NCBI GenBank assembly: GCA_051003195.1
Contig: JBPCLP010000043.1
Coordinates: forward strand, 1 to 64,000
Length of the DNA: 64,000 nucleotides
Direction of reading: 5' to 3'
DNA from: Candidatus Sumerlaeaceae bacterium
GTDB lineage: Bacteria; Sumerlaeota; Sumerlaeia; Sumerlaeales; Sumerlaeaceae
The notes beneath the pieces are model-generated. The model did no database searches and was not told the DNA's origin. It saw only the letters and a list, made by a program, of their open reading frames with translations. Position numbers and translations under genes: made by a program. Numbering within the stretch: the first letter of the stretch is position 1; every line of letters begins with the position of its first letter. This document shows, piece by piece, positions 48,952 through 58,834 of the stretch.

Positions 48952-49213
48952 TTACTGCTTCCCGGAGTACTTAGGCGGGACCAGTGGACGGCGGGGCCGA
49001 GAACGTCAGGGGGCACGGTGAGTACTTGTTGTGTTAGGTGGCTGGGTGGGGGGGTGGAGTTGGGCGTTGGTCTGTTGTCATTTCGCGGGCTGAATTGGAA
49101 ACAGTTGCGCCGGCCAAGGCTAAAGCCGTACTCCGAACGGGCCTGGTACCATTTAAACACTGCGTGTGAAGATGTATGATGGGTGCGGGACATTTATTAA
49201 AGGGGCGGTGCAG

Positions 49214-49882
49214 GTGAAAGCGATTGAAAGTGTGCTGCTGGATTTTGATGGGACTTTGCTCGACAGTAACGGAGCACATGCGGTCGCGTGGAAGGAATAC
49301 CTGAAAGCCGCAACCGGTCTGGACCTTCCGGTTGGCCGTGTGGCACTTATGATTGGAATGGGTGGCGATAAGATTATCCGGCAACTTTTTGGCGACCGGC
49401 ATTCTGATTCGCAGATAAAGAACATGACGGAAAAACGGGACGAGCATTACCTCAAGACTCAGATGACCCGCATGAAACCAGTCGCAGGGGCTGTGGAATT
49501 TACAGGTGAATTGGCAAGGCGTGGCTTCCAGGTGGCCATTGCAAGCTCAGCTCGGCACGAACTGCTGGACCCTGCTCTAAAACTGGTTCCGATCCAACCC
49601 TACGTAGTTGGCTTTTCCACGCCTGATGAAGCACCGCAGTCGAAGCCATCGCCGGACATTTTTCTTGCGGCGATGAAAAAGTTTTCATTCGACCCAAACC
49701 GCACTGCCGTCATTGGGGATTCGCCCTACGACATGCAGGCTGGGCGCGACGCTGGTTGCAAGGCCCTGGTCGCCGTACTTTCTGGCCACTTCTCATCAGC
49801 AGACCTGAGTATTGCTGATGTAGTTTACAAAGATGTAGATGAGCTCCGTCGGCTCCTGGGTTCCAGTATCCTGATGCGCTGA
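49214..49882 (+). CDS. HAD-superfamily phosphatase/hydrolase
   Basis: DFDGTL, ASS, KPSPDIF, IGDSPYD; start estimated at GTG 49214. Confidence 0.9.
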   Translation: MKAIESVLLDFDGTLLDSNGAHAVAWKEYLKAATGLDLPVGRVALMIGMGGDKIIRQLFGDRHSDSQIKNMTEKRDEHYLKTQMTRMKPVAGAVEFTGELARRGFQVAIASSARHELLDPALKLVPIQPYVVGFSTPDEAPQSKPSPDIFLAAMKKFSFDPNRTAVIGDSPYDMQAGRDAGCKALVAVLSGHFSSADLSIADVVYKDVDELRRLLGSSILMR

Positions 49883-49891
49883 GCCCGGAAC

Positions 49892-52129
49892 TTACTCGGC
49901 AACCTGAGGTGTTGCAACGGACACCGGCCGCAACTGTTTCACCACCTGTACAATACCGTTTCGCTGGGCGGTAGTAATATCCCCCTCGCGACTGGCATAG
50001 ATCACCAGCGTGCTACCCGTGGCAGGCTCCGGAATCAGCACGAGGATTAGATCTTCCCCGGCTTTTTTCAATTCGGCCATGCTGAAATTGGCGAGTTTTC
50101 GGACGCCTGCGCGCTTCCATCCTTCTTTTGTAAGGGAGGCCAGGATCGGCTCCAGGTTCACGGTCTTTCGGTCCCGCGCGATGCGCACGTATAGATTGTC
50201 GTTCTCGCTCAAATTTACGATGCCTTCCTCCTCATCAGCGGCGCCATTCCAGTTCTCCGGCAAATCGATGGAGAGGCCGAGCTTTTGGCTGACAACTGTC
50301 GCATTCTGAGGCGCGGCGGCCGGCGCGGAGACCACTTCGGGAGTTAGAGTGGGCAATGGAGTTGTGACGGGTTGCGTCAGTACAGGTGTGACATTGGGCG
50401 CTACCGCCGCTGCGGGGGTGGTGACTCGGGTCGGTTCCGTCACAGGAGAAACAGCGGGTGTTGCCGGAGCAGGCGTGGCAGTTGGCCTGGGAAGTGCCCG
50501 TGATTTTGCAGTCGGGCTGGCCTGCGCAACCACGATCGGAGTAGCCGCAGCTTTAGGTGAAGCAGTCGCCACTGCTCGAGGTGTCAGTGCAGGCGTCGGG
50601 GTTGCAGGAAGCGCGACGTGAGAGGTCTTCACGTTCTTCACCAGAAGAGACTCCAGCAGCTCTGCGGGTAACTTCGCGAGGCGCGCATCCTGGGTCTCCA
50701 GAACCGCGAGCACAGGAACTTCACCTTTGGGCTGGTGTAGCACGGCCATGCGCGCGAGGCCCGAACCCTTTGCCACATATGCCGTGAGATCGGTATTTGC
50801 AAACCGCCCCACGGCCGGTAGTTTCGCCGCGGACAGCCCGTCCTGGCTGAGGAGTTTCATAACCTTATGTTCCGTCACAGTCAACCCGCGGGCATAATCC
50901 ACGGCAATATCTTTGTCTGGCGACTCAATTGAATACAGCGCATCCTGCTGCCGCAAGGCCCACCCGTCCGGCAATGCGATCGTGTAAAGCCCTACCTGAT
51001 TTTGCTTCGGCGTTGCGGCGCGCAGTGCCGGGAGGTAATCGGCGATTATTGGTGCAGCGCCAGCCTGCGCCGGCAATTTGCTTTTTGGACGAGTCACCCA
51101 CCAGGCGGCAGTTCCCGCGATCAGAACCATAACAGCCACAATCGGCCACAGCCCCAGGTTCCTGGGCTCGTCCTGGTTATGCAGACGATTATCGCGAGGA
51201 GGAGCGGACTTCGCCGCCGAGGCGAACAGATCCTCTTGTTGGCCGGGAGTTGCTGTTCCCAGGACTGGTTGATCGCCGATGGTCTCGGGCGACGCAGCCT
51301 GATGTGCCGCCGGATAATAGGCTCGCAGATTAGGATAAATAACGCCTGCTGTCTTCGCGCGGAAGCGCGACTGCGGCCCTCCATCACCCAGCATGATAAC
51401 ATCGCCGTCATTCAGCTCGGTGGATCCTTCAACCAATTCGCCATTCACATAAGTGCCGTTGCGGCTCGTGTCCGTGATAATGAAGGCGCCATCTTCAAAA
51501 ACAATGCTGCAATGGTTGCCGGAAATTATCATGTCTCCCCGGGGGTCGAGCGGAATCTCCAGCTCTGTTCGCCTGCCAATGCGTGTTACTCCACTGCCCG
51601 AAACCGTAAACGTTTTGCCTGAGTCGGAGCCGGAAAAGAACTGCACCTGCGCGTCCTCAGCCGTCAGCGTCGGGACAGGTTGATATCCAGGCAGCGGAGG
51701 CCCAATGCGAAAAATCAGCTCTGGCCCGGAACGGCCGAAACGCACATAGTCCTCCGGAAGCAGAGCCTGACGTTCCTTAAGCTTCTGGCCATTAACAAAA
51801 GTGCCGCTCCGGGTCCCGAGATCGTACAGCATCCATTTGTCGGCTTCTTCCAGGATAAGTTCAGCGTGCTGGGAAGCCACGTCCTCATACGCTGGCTCCA
51901 CCTGGAAATCACAGTTGGATGCTTTGCCAATCGTCACCCGTGCCGAGTTAAAGCCTTCGGCCTGGCCGGCGCGCGGACCGCTGAAAAACACGAAATGGCA
52001 TTGAGGGGTTGGTTCCACGATCAGTCTATCAGTTCTCCGGGCGTTTCGCGATTGGTAGTAAGTCCAAATTTGCGAATGTATGGCACGTTCTAACGCCGCA
52101 TCACAGGATAGAGCAGGGAGGCGAATCAA
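49892..52129 (-). CDS. Membrane protein with two FHA domains and an extracytoplasmic region with Pro/Thr/Ala linker
   Basis: IGK...SQHA...SGTFVNG and IGRR...SGNHC...SRNGTYVNG; central TM; start uncertain. Confidence 0.82.
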   Translation of the reverse strand: MIRLPALSCDAALERAIHSQIWTYYQSRNARRTDRLIVEPTPQCHFVFFSGPRAGQAEGFNSARVTIGKASNCDFQVEPAYEDVASQHAELILEEADKWMLYDLGTRSGTFVNGQKLKERQALLPEDYVRFGRSGPELIFRIGPPLPGYQPVPTLTAEDAQVQFFSGSDSGKTFTVSGSGVTRIGRRTELEIPLDPRGDMIISGNHCSIVFEDGAFIITDTSRNGTYVNGELVEGSTELNDGDVIMLGDGGPQSRFRAKTAGVIYPNLRAYYPAAHQAASPETIGDQPVLGTATPGQQEDLFASAAKSAPPRDNRLHNQDEPRNLGLWPIVAVMVLIAGTAAWWVTRPKSKLPAQAGAAPIIADYLPALRAATPKQNQVGLYTIALPDGWALRQQDALYSIESPDKDIAVDYARGLTVTEHKVMKLLSQDGLSAAKLPAVGRFANTDLTAYVAKGSGLARMAVLHQPKGEVPVLAVLETQDARLAKLPAELLESLLVKNVKTSHVALPATPTPALTPRAVATASPKAAATPIVVAQASPTAKSRALPRPTATPAPATPAVSPVTEPTRVTTPAAAVAPNVTPVLTQPVTTPLPTLTPEVVSAPAAAPQNATVVSQKLGLSIDLPENWNGAADEEEGIVNLSENDNLYVRIARDRKTVNLEPILASLTKEGWKRAGVRKLANFSMAELKKAGEDLILVLIPEPATGSTLVIYASREGDITTAQRNGIVQVVKQLRPVSVATPQVAE

Positions 52130-52275
52130 CTAATTTAGCTTCCTCAAAGACTGGGAACAGATGCAGGAGGAAACCGGCGCGACTTATCTGCGGGATTCCT
52201 CCAAAGCACGGACGTTCACCGGCGTTCTGCTTTTTGGCTTGGAACCTGTAAGACGCGCACTCAGCATGCCGTACG

Positions 52276-54435
52276 ATGGACAATGAAAGCCGCAGAATTC
52301 GCGTCGGAATTGACGTCGGTGGAACATTCACCCACGCCGTAGCGATCGACGCCTCCACATTTGAGATCGCGGCAGAGACCAAGGTACCCACAACGCATCG
52401 CGATCCCCGGGGTGTTGCAGCCGGAATTGTGGAATCGCTGTTCAAGCTGCTGGCGGAAGGGCATATTGATCCTGATGAGATCATCCTGATCGCGCATTCG
52501 ACCACCCAGGCGACGAATGCACTGCTGGAGGGAGACGTCGCGCCGGTCGGAATTCTTGGAATGGCTGCTGGCATGGGCCGTCGTCGTGCACGATCCCAGA
52601 CGCGGATTGGTGACATCGAGCTGGCGCCCGGCCGGTTCCTGCAAACGCACCACGTGTTTCTCGACGTGACACGCGGTGCGACGCTGGAGGATGTAGAACA
52701 ACCCGTGCAGGACCTGCTGGCAATGGGTGCGCGAGTGATTGTTGCAACATGCTCCTTCAGCGTGGAAGATCCTCAATACGAAGACCTGGTCGCCAGTTAT
52801 TGCCGCCAGAACGACATTCTTGTTACGACTGGCTACGAAATCAGCCAGCTATATGGCCTGCGGGCTCGCACACGAACCGCGGTAATCAACGCAAGCATGC
52901 TGCCGAAGATGCTCGAGACGGCGAATATGACGGAAAGCAGTGTGCGTGAAGCCGGCATAACCGCACCGCTTATGATCATGCGTAGCGATGGCGGCATCAT
53001 GGACATTGAGCAGATGCGCCGCCGGCCGATCCTGACGATGCTGAGCGGCCCAGCGGCCGGTGTGGCGGCAGCACTGATGTACGCGCGCATCACCGACGGT
53101 ATTTTCCTGGAGGTGGGTGGCACGTCCACCGACATCAGTGCAATCCGAAATGGCAGGAGCCTCGTCAAAAGCGCGACGGTTGGCGGACATCGATTATACG
53201 TTCGGACGCTGGATGTACGGACCCTGGGCGTCGCGGGCGGCAGCGTGCCGCGCGTCGATCATTCTCACATCGTCGACGTCGGCCCCCGAAGTGCGCACAT
53301 TGCAGATGTCCACTACTCGGTGTTCGAAGATGGTTTGAAGCCGGAGGAGATCAGCACCGAGGTGTTTCAGCCGCGCAATGCAGATCCATTGGACTACGTA
53401 CGGCAATCCGCCCCTGGACACGAGCCATTTTCGGTCACCCCGACGTGCGCGTCCAACGTGTTGGGACTTGTTGCATCGGGCGATACTGCGGAAGGCTCCC
53501 GCGACAGCGCTGCCGCGGCATTTGCCGCGCTCGCTCGATATCTTGGCCGCGACGACGGACCTGCAGTCGCAGAGGAAATGATGGAGCGCGCGACGCGTAG
53601 CGTGATGAAAACCGTCCAGGAGATGATCGAAGACTATGAGCTGGACCCGCAGCTTCTAACGCTGAGCGGCGGCGGAGGGGGTGCTTCAGCGATCGTCCCA
53701 TACACCGCAAATCGAATGGGGCTACCTTTTGAGATCGCCAGGAACGCCGCAGTTATCTCCGCTATCGGCGCCGCGTTGGCGCTGGTGCGTGATTCCATTG
53801 AAAAAACGGTCATGAATCCGACGGACGCGGACGTGCTCAAAATTCGAAAGGAAGCCGAAGAGGCTGTGGTTCGAATGGGAGCGAATCCTCAATCCGTCGA
53901 AGTTCAAATTGAGATCGACCCGCAGAAAAATATCCTTCGCGCCAGTGCCACCGGCACTACCGAGCTGCGAACTCGCGAGTTGGGCAAAGAAGCCTTGAGC
54001 GAGTCGGAGCAAAAGCTGCGCGTCGAACAAAGTGTGCGCGGCAGCATTGACGCAATTCAGCCGGTAATGCAGAACGGTGGCCTGACCATCTACCAGGTAA
54101 ATACCAGTAGCCGTCATTTAGCAGGCCTTTTCACCCGCCGGTTACAGCAATACCGTGTGATCGATGCCGAGGGTATCGTTCGGTTGCAGTTGCGAAACGG
54201 CGATTGCCTCGCCGGCACAAAACGCCAGGTCAGCGGGGGGCTGAAGGAGTTCTTTGAAAAGCATACGATCTACGGTGACGCAGGCCGGGAACTGCCCGAC
54301 CTGTTTATCGTCTACCGTGGCAGGGTGCTCGACATGTCTGGCCTGGTCAACATGGACCAGATCCTCTCACTGCTTCAGATCGAGCTGAACAATGTTGGGG
54401 ACGAGGAAGCGATTGCCGCCCTCATCAGACGGTGA
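52276..54435 (+). CDS. Hydantoinase/oxoprolinase family protein (A-subunit-like)
   Basis: GIDVGGTFT, HSTT..TNALLE, MRSDGG, SGPAAG, EVGGTSTD. Confidence 0.88.
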   Translation: MDNESRRIRVGIDVGGTFTHAVAIDASTFEIAAETKVPTTHRDPRGVAAGIVESLFKLLAEGHIDPDEIILIAHSTTQATNALLEGDVAPVGILGMAAGMGRRRARSQTRIGDIELAPGRFLQTHHVFLDVTRGATLEDVEQPVQDLLAMGARVIVATCSFSVEDPQYEDLVASYCRQNDILVTTGYEISQLYGLRARTRTAVINASMLPKMLETANMTESSVREAGITAPLMIMRSDGGIMDIEQMRRRPILTMLSGPAAGVAAALMYARITDGIFLEVGGTSTDISAIRNGRSLVKSATVGGHRLYVRTLDVRTLGVAGGSVPRVDHSHIVDVGPRSAHIADVHYSVFEDGLKPEEISTEVFQPRNADPLDYVRQSAPGHEPFSVTPTCASNVLGLVASGDTAEGSRDSAAAAFAALARYLGRDDGPAVAEEMMERATRSVMKTVQEMIEDYELDPQLLTLSGGGGGASAIVPYTANRMGLPFEIARNAAVISAIGAALALVRDSIEKTVMNPTDADVLKIRKEAEEAVVRMGANPQSVEVQIEIDPQKNILRASATGTTELRTRELGKEALSESEQKLRVEQSVRGSIDAIQPVMQNGGLTIYQVNTSSRHLAGLFTRRLQQYRVIDAEGIVRLQLRNGDCLAGTKRQVSGGLKEFFEKHTIYGDAGRELPDLFIVYRGRVLDMSGLVNMDQILSLLQIELNNVGDEEAIAALIRR

Positions 54436-56151
54436 TCAGGGTAATGGGCCCGACACCGCTACGTTGTCAGCCTCATTATTTTCGGCCACAACGTTCGTTG
54501 AATCCACAACGCCCAGCAGATAGAGTCCTGATGCGGACTGGCCCGTTGGCAGTTTTCCCTTAAGCTTCAGCGTCTTGGTTGCGCCAACCTTGAGTGGCTT
54601 CAGTTTCAGTGTCTTGCCAATGGTCGTATCCGTGGAGTCAAAGGTGCCGTCGGTCGATAGATAGAAATTCACGGCGGCCGTTGCCGTAACGGGGACATTC
54701 CCGGAATTGCCCACCGCGAGAGTGCCCTTAACAGAGTATTTCAGGGTGGGACCTGCGCCCTTTAGCTTCGGTGTAACTGTTCCCCACGTATCGATCAGGT
54801 TTACAAACGGGGGCACGAATTCGTCGGCGCCAATATCCCAGCGGGAACCGTCCCCGCCGGCAATTGCTGTTCCGACCGTACCGCGGATATCGCCTTCAAA
54901 ATCTATCAGCACCAGTGCGAGCGATGTACCTGCATCAATGCACGGCGAGCCGGCCTGCAGGTGCATATCGCCATTAACAGCGTCGACAACCTGCGGCGGT
55001 AACAGGATATTGCCGGTGCCCCCGCCCGACCAGTTCTGCACACAGCAGAAGTTCGGTGGGTTTGGACCAGTGATCTGAGGATTAATTGGCGAGTTATCCC
55101 AGATGATGCAGTTAACAGGCGAAGAGCAGTTCAGCATGCCACCCGATGAAACGATTGCCAGATTTCCGAAGATCGTATTGTTGAAAATGTTACCGGTACA
55201 ATTGCTTAGCCCGCCGCCCAGCCGCGCCCCGTTCGAGAACACCACGTTGTTTATGATGTCGTTGGTGCAGTTATCGAGCCCGCCGCCTCTGCCGTTGCCC
55301 GCGTTTTCAGCTATGTAATTGCCGGTGATTCGCCCCGAGCAGTTGCATAAGCCTGCTCCGAAGCTGCCGGGTGAAGCCGTGCTGCCGGTCACGGTGACCT
55401 GGTTGCTGGTGATCGTGTTCCCGGCGATGTCCATACTCACATTGTAAACGCCGCCGCCATGAACTGCAGCCGTGTTCAAAGTGATTGTATTAAAGATGAG
55501 GCTGCCCGTTGTCAGATTTGCCACACCACCACCGTCCGTCCCGGCAGTGTTGGAAGAGATGAGGTTGCTCTGGATGGTTCCGATGGAGTTGTAGATTCCG
55601 CCACCGGCACTTGTTGCCTCATTCAGTCCGATTGTATTTGCCAGCAGAATTCCCTCAGAAGCCGCGACACCGCCGCCATTGGCTGCCTCATTACTGAGGA
55701 TCTGGCAACCCTGCATCAGCCCCGAAAACCCGTAGATCCCGCCTCCACTGCCAGTCGCCTTGTTGTTCCTGATGATACAATTTTTTATAGTGGCGATCGT
55801 GAAGTTACCTTTTATGCCGCCGCCGTTTGAGTTTAAGCCATTTTGAATGGTGATTCCGCTAAGCTGCGCGGTGGAAGGCTCAGTGCCAGCGAATGTCACA
55901 ACGGGTCCGCCCGCGCCACCGTCAATAATCGCTCCCTGATCCGTATAGGCTTTCACGGTGATATCTTTGCCGTTAAAGCTGATCCGTTCATTGAAAGTTG
56001 TCGGTTGAAGAAGAACGCGGTCGCCACTGAAGCTCGCGTTGATAGCTGCTTGTATTGTAGGGTAGGCAAACGGAACGATTCGATCCGTTGCGAATGCAGC
56101 CGCACTAACGGCCAGAAAGCTGAACGAGAGCAGGTACTTAGAGCAGTTCAT
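54436..56151 (-). CDS. Secreted right-handed beta-helix protein with choice-of-anchor-Q and CARDB-like C-terminus
   Basis: Signal peptide, YPTIQAAI, repeated N-x-A...GGG, HLQAGSPCIDAG, DIGADE, VAENNEADN. Confidence 0.8.
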   Translation of the reverse strand: MNCSKYLLSFSFLAVSAAAFATDRIVPFAYPTIQAAINASFSGDRVLLQPTTFNERISFNGKDITVKAYTDQGAIIDGGAGGPVVTFAGTEPSTAQLSGITIQNGLNSNGGGIKGNFTIATIKNCIIRNNKATGSGGGIYGFSGLMQGCQILSNEAANGGGVAASEGILLANTIGLNEATSAGGGIYNSIGTIQSNLISSNTAGTDGGGVANLTTGSLIFNTITLNTAAVHGGGVYNVSMDIAGNTITSNQVTVTGSTASPGSFGAGLCNCSGRITGNYIAENAGNGRGGGLDNCTNDIINNVVFSNGARLGGGLSNCTGNIFNNTIFGNLAIVSSGGMLNCSSPVNCIIWDNSPINPQITGPNPPNFCCVQNWSGGGTGNILLPPQVVDAVNGDMHLQAGSPCIDAGTSLALVLIDFEGDIRGTVGTAIAGGDGSRWDIGADEFVPPFVNLIDTWGTVTPKLKGAGPTLKYSVKGTLAVGNSGNVPVTATAAVNFYLSTDGTFDSTDTTIGKTLKLKPLKVGATKTLKLKGKLPTGQSASGLYLLGVVDSTNVVAENNEADNVAVSGPLP

Positions 56152-56242
56152 GCATTATCCTATCTGGTTTTAGCACGATACATAATCGTGCGGAGTTCAC
56201 GCTTTTTCCCCTGATTGTGGAAGTATAGGACAAAAAACGCGC

Positions 56243-57715
56243 CTAGTTACGGGATTCCTTCAAGCGATCGATAGCCGTGTCTATTTGCGCTTCAAGTCCG
56301 TACTTCTGAATGCGATATCCGAGCGTCCGACGCGTAATACCCAGGTGTGCCGCCGCGCGTGTATGGTTGTAGCGCGTTTTTTCGAGAGCACTGAGGATGC
56401 AGCGCTTCTCAATTTCTTCCAGGTGCATGTGCTCGCCGGTGGCGCCACTGCCTGCAGGTGCGGAGCCGATGCCACGCGCCCATTCGAAATTCTGGATCTG
56501 GAAAGGCAAATCAGTGACGTGGATGGTGGCGCCATCGCTGAGCACCACGGCGTGCTCAATAGCATTCTCCAGTTCTCGTATATTGCCCGGGTAATCGTAC
56601 CGCATGAGCAGAGCCTGTGCATCCGGTGAAAGTGTCTTGGGTGAACCCGCCGCCGTGAATCGCCGGAGGAAATGCTGGATCAGTGGCTGCAGATCACCGG
56701 GGCGCTCGCGCAGCGGCGGAAGGGTGATTGGGATGACGTTCAGTCGATAATAAAGATCCTGCCGGAACTCTCCGCGCGCCACGGCATCCTCAAGATTTCG
56801 ATTGGTAGCCGCAATGACACGCACGTCTACTTTGTGCTGCACGCTTTCTCCAACCCTCTGCACTTCGCCCTCCTGGAGCACACGCAGCAGTTTAACCTGC
56901 AGATGAAGCGGCAGTTCTCCAATTTCATCCAGGAAAATACTGCCTCCATTCGCAGACTCGAACATACCTTTTCGGTTCTCGTTTGCGCCGGTAAAGCTGC
57001 CCTTCAGGTGACCAAACAACTCGCTCTCCATCAGGGATTCCGGGATCGCGCCGCAGTTGATAATGACAAGCGGAGCCGCCTTGCGCGCGCTGAGAGAATG
57101 AATCGCACGGGCCAGAACTTCTTTTCCCGTTCCACTCTCTCCGCGTAACAAAACGCTCGCATTGCTCGCCGCCACTTTGCGTGTCCGGGTCAAAACATCC
57201 TGCATCTGCGTGCTGCCGGCAACGATACCTTTCAACGCTTCAGGTGTGGCGCCGGTGTTCTGCACCGCAGGAGTGCTGCCGGTTGGCGTCGCTGTAAGGC
57301 TGCCTGCGTATTCCTTCAACTCGTGATGCGAGGGTGTTTCCTCTTCGCGATCTGTTCTGCTCTGTTCGATTCTTTTTATGAGCGCCTTCAGCTCCTCGAT
57401 TGCGAACGGCTTGATGAGGTAGTCGATGGCGCCCTTCTTCATCGATTCGACGGCCGTCTGCGGTGTCGCGAACGCAGTCATCATGACAAAGTCCATTGCC
57501 GGGTTCACTCGCTTCGCGCGCTCGAGCACATCGATGCCACTCATTTCCGGCATGCGCAGATCGCACAGCACGATATCAAAACCGCGATCGTTCAGCTTTT
57601 CCAGTGCCGTTGCAGGACTGTCTGTCCAGTCGACATCATAGCCGTCGCGCGCAAGCATGCGCGCGAGTACTCCGCTCATTTTCGGCTCATCGTCGACGAT
57701 CAGGAGACTAGTCAT
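56243..57715 (-). CDS. Sigma-54-dependent response regulator (NtrC/AtoC family)
   Basis: Receiver domain, GESGTGKE, ESELFGH.KGSFTGA, FLDEIGE, FRQDLYYRLNV, PGNIREL, Fis-type HTH. Confidence 0.95.
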   Translation of the reverse strand: MTSLLIVDDEPKMSGVLARMLARDGYDVDWTDSPATALEKLNDRGFDIVLCDLRMPEMSGIDVLERAKRVNPAMDFVMMTAFATPQTAVESMKKGAIDYLIKPFAIEELKALIKRIEQSRTDREEETPSHHELKEYAGSLTATPTGSTPAVQNTGATPEALKGIVAGSTQMQDVLTRTRKVAASNASVLLRGESGTGKEVLARAIHSLSARKAAPLVIINCGAIPESLMESELFGHLKGSFTGANENRKGMFESANGGSIFLDEIGELPLHLQVKLLRVLQEGEVQRVGESVQHKVDVRVIAATNRNLEDAVARGEFRQDLYYRLNVIPITLPPLRERPGDLQPLIQHFLRRFTAAGSPKTLSPDAQALLMRYDYPGNIRELENAIEHAVVLSDGATIHVTDLPFQIQNFEWARGIGSAPAGSGATGEHMHLEEIEKRCILSALEKTRYNHTRAAAHLGITRRTLGYRIQKYGLEAQIDTAIDRLKESRN

Positions 57716-57866
57716 GGCGTGAAGGCTACAACGGGATATAATTGCACTTCAAGAGGGAACCTGAATTTCAGGTTGGAGCCGATGCGGCTGCCCTGGGGCA
57801 CTACTTTACCGACGCTCGAGCAGAAAGGTAGTGAACACCGGCTGTCGCCTGGACGTATGTGCCCCA

Positions 57867-58766
57867 ATGCAAAACGTTTATCGGAGTGGCGTGAAACTGC
57901 TGCGCGTAGCGTCCCTGTTTGTTTGCGCGAACTTGTGCGTGCTTTCCTCTGCCGCCATTCGTGTCGATAAGGATGTGGTGTTTGCCACGGTATCCGGCGA
58001 GGAGTTGAAGCTCGACCTTTACTGGCCGGAAAACGACACTACTTCGCATGCAGTGGTGTTGATGTTTCATGGTGGCGGATGGGCCGCCGGAGACAAGTCG
58101 CATCACACGGTTGTGGGCCCGCTGGTGGCGGAAGCTGGATACCTGGCCATCAGCGCAAACTATCGCCTCTCGCCAAAACACAAATATCCGGCGGGCGTAC
58201 AGGACTGCCAGGCTGCATTGAAATGGGTGCGCGCAAACGCCGCAGAATATCGGGGTGACGCACGGCGACTTGCATTGATGGGGGAGTCCGCGGGCGGGCA
58301 TCTCAGCTCGTTGCTGGGCCTGTGGGACTGGACAACCAGTGGTCCATCACAGGGCGCAAGCGATGACATGAAGGTTCGTGCCGTGGTGAACATCTACGGC
58401 CCATGCGACCTGTCTGCTTTCAACGGCACACAATTTTGCGAGGACCTCGCGACAAACTTTCTCGGGGGTACTACCGAAACTATTCCCTCACTTTATCGCG
58501 AAGCTTCACCCATTCACCTCCTTGATCAAGCGGGTGTGGTCGACAAGCCGGGTCCTGCATTCCTGCACGTGCATGGGACAGCGGATGCACTCGTGCCGGT
58601 GGACCAGAGTCGCCGGTTTCATGCCAGGCTGAAGGAGCTGGGGTTCGACTCAACACTCGTTATACTCGAAGGTGCGAACCACGGCTGGAAGCCGGATAGT
58701 GAGGAAGGCAAACGCGCGGGGAAAGCTGCGGTGGAGATTTTGGACAGGAAGCTAAAGGCACCGTAA
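57867..58766 (+). CDS. Exported alpha/beta hydrolase (esterase, HSL-like)
   Basis: HGGGW, GESAG, HGTADALVP, NHG; start uncertain. Confidence 0.88.
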   Translation: MQNVYRSGVKLLRVASLFVCANLCVLSSAAIRVDKDVVFATVSGEELKLDLYWPENDTTSHAVVLMFHGGGWAAGDKSHHTVVGPLVAEAGYLAISANYRLSPKHKYPAGVQDCQAALKWVRANAAEYRGDARRLALMGESAGGHLSSLLGLWDWTTSGPSQGASDDMKVRAVVNIYGPCDLSAFNGTQFCEDLATNFLGGTTETIPSLYREASPIHLLDQAGVVDKPGPAFLHVHGTADALVPVDQSRRFHARLKELGFDSTLVILEGANHGWKPDSEEGKRAGKAAVEILDRKLKAP

Positions 58767-58834
58767 TAATTTACAGGAGGAACACAGAGGTGCGTGTTTG
58801 TTGGTTTTCTGGAGTTTGCTGCTACCCGTGAGTT

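Noticed and set aside
56985..57005. GSFTGA instead of GAFTGA in the enhancer-binding protein
   Set aside because: A common natural variant; not evidence of sigma-54 independence.
58767..58834. Tn7 insertion at attTn7 downstream of glmS
   Set aside because: Only a 68-bp gap to a convergent esterase; no Tn7 ends or tns genes.
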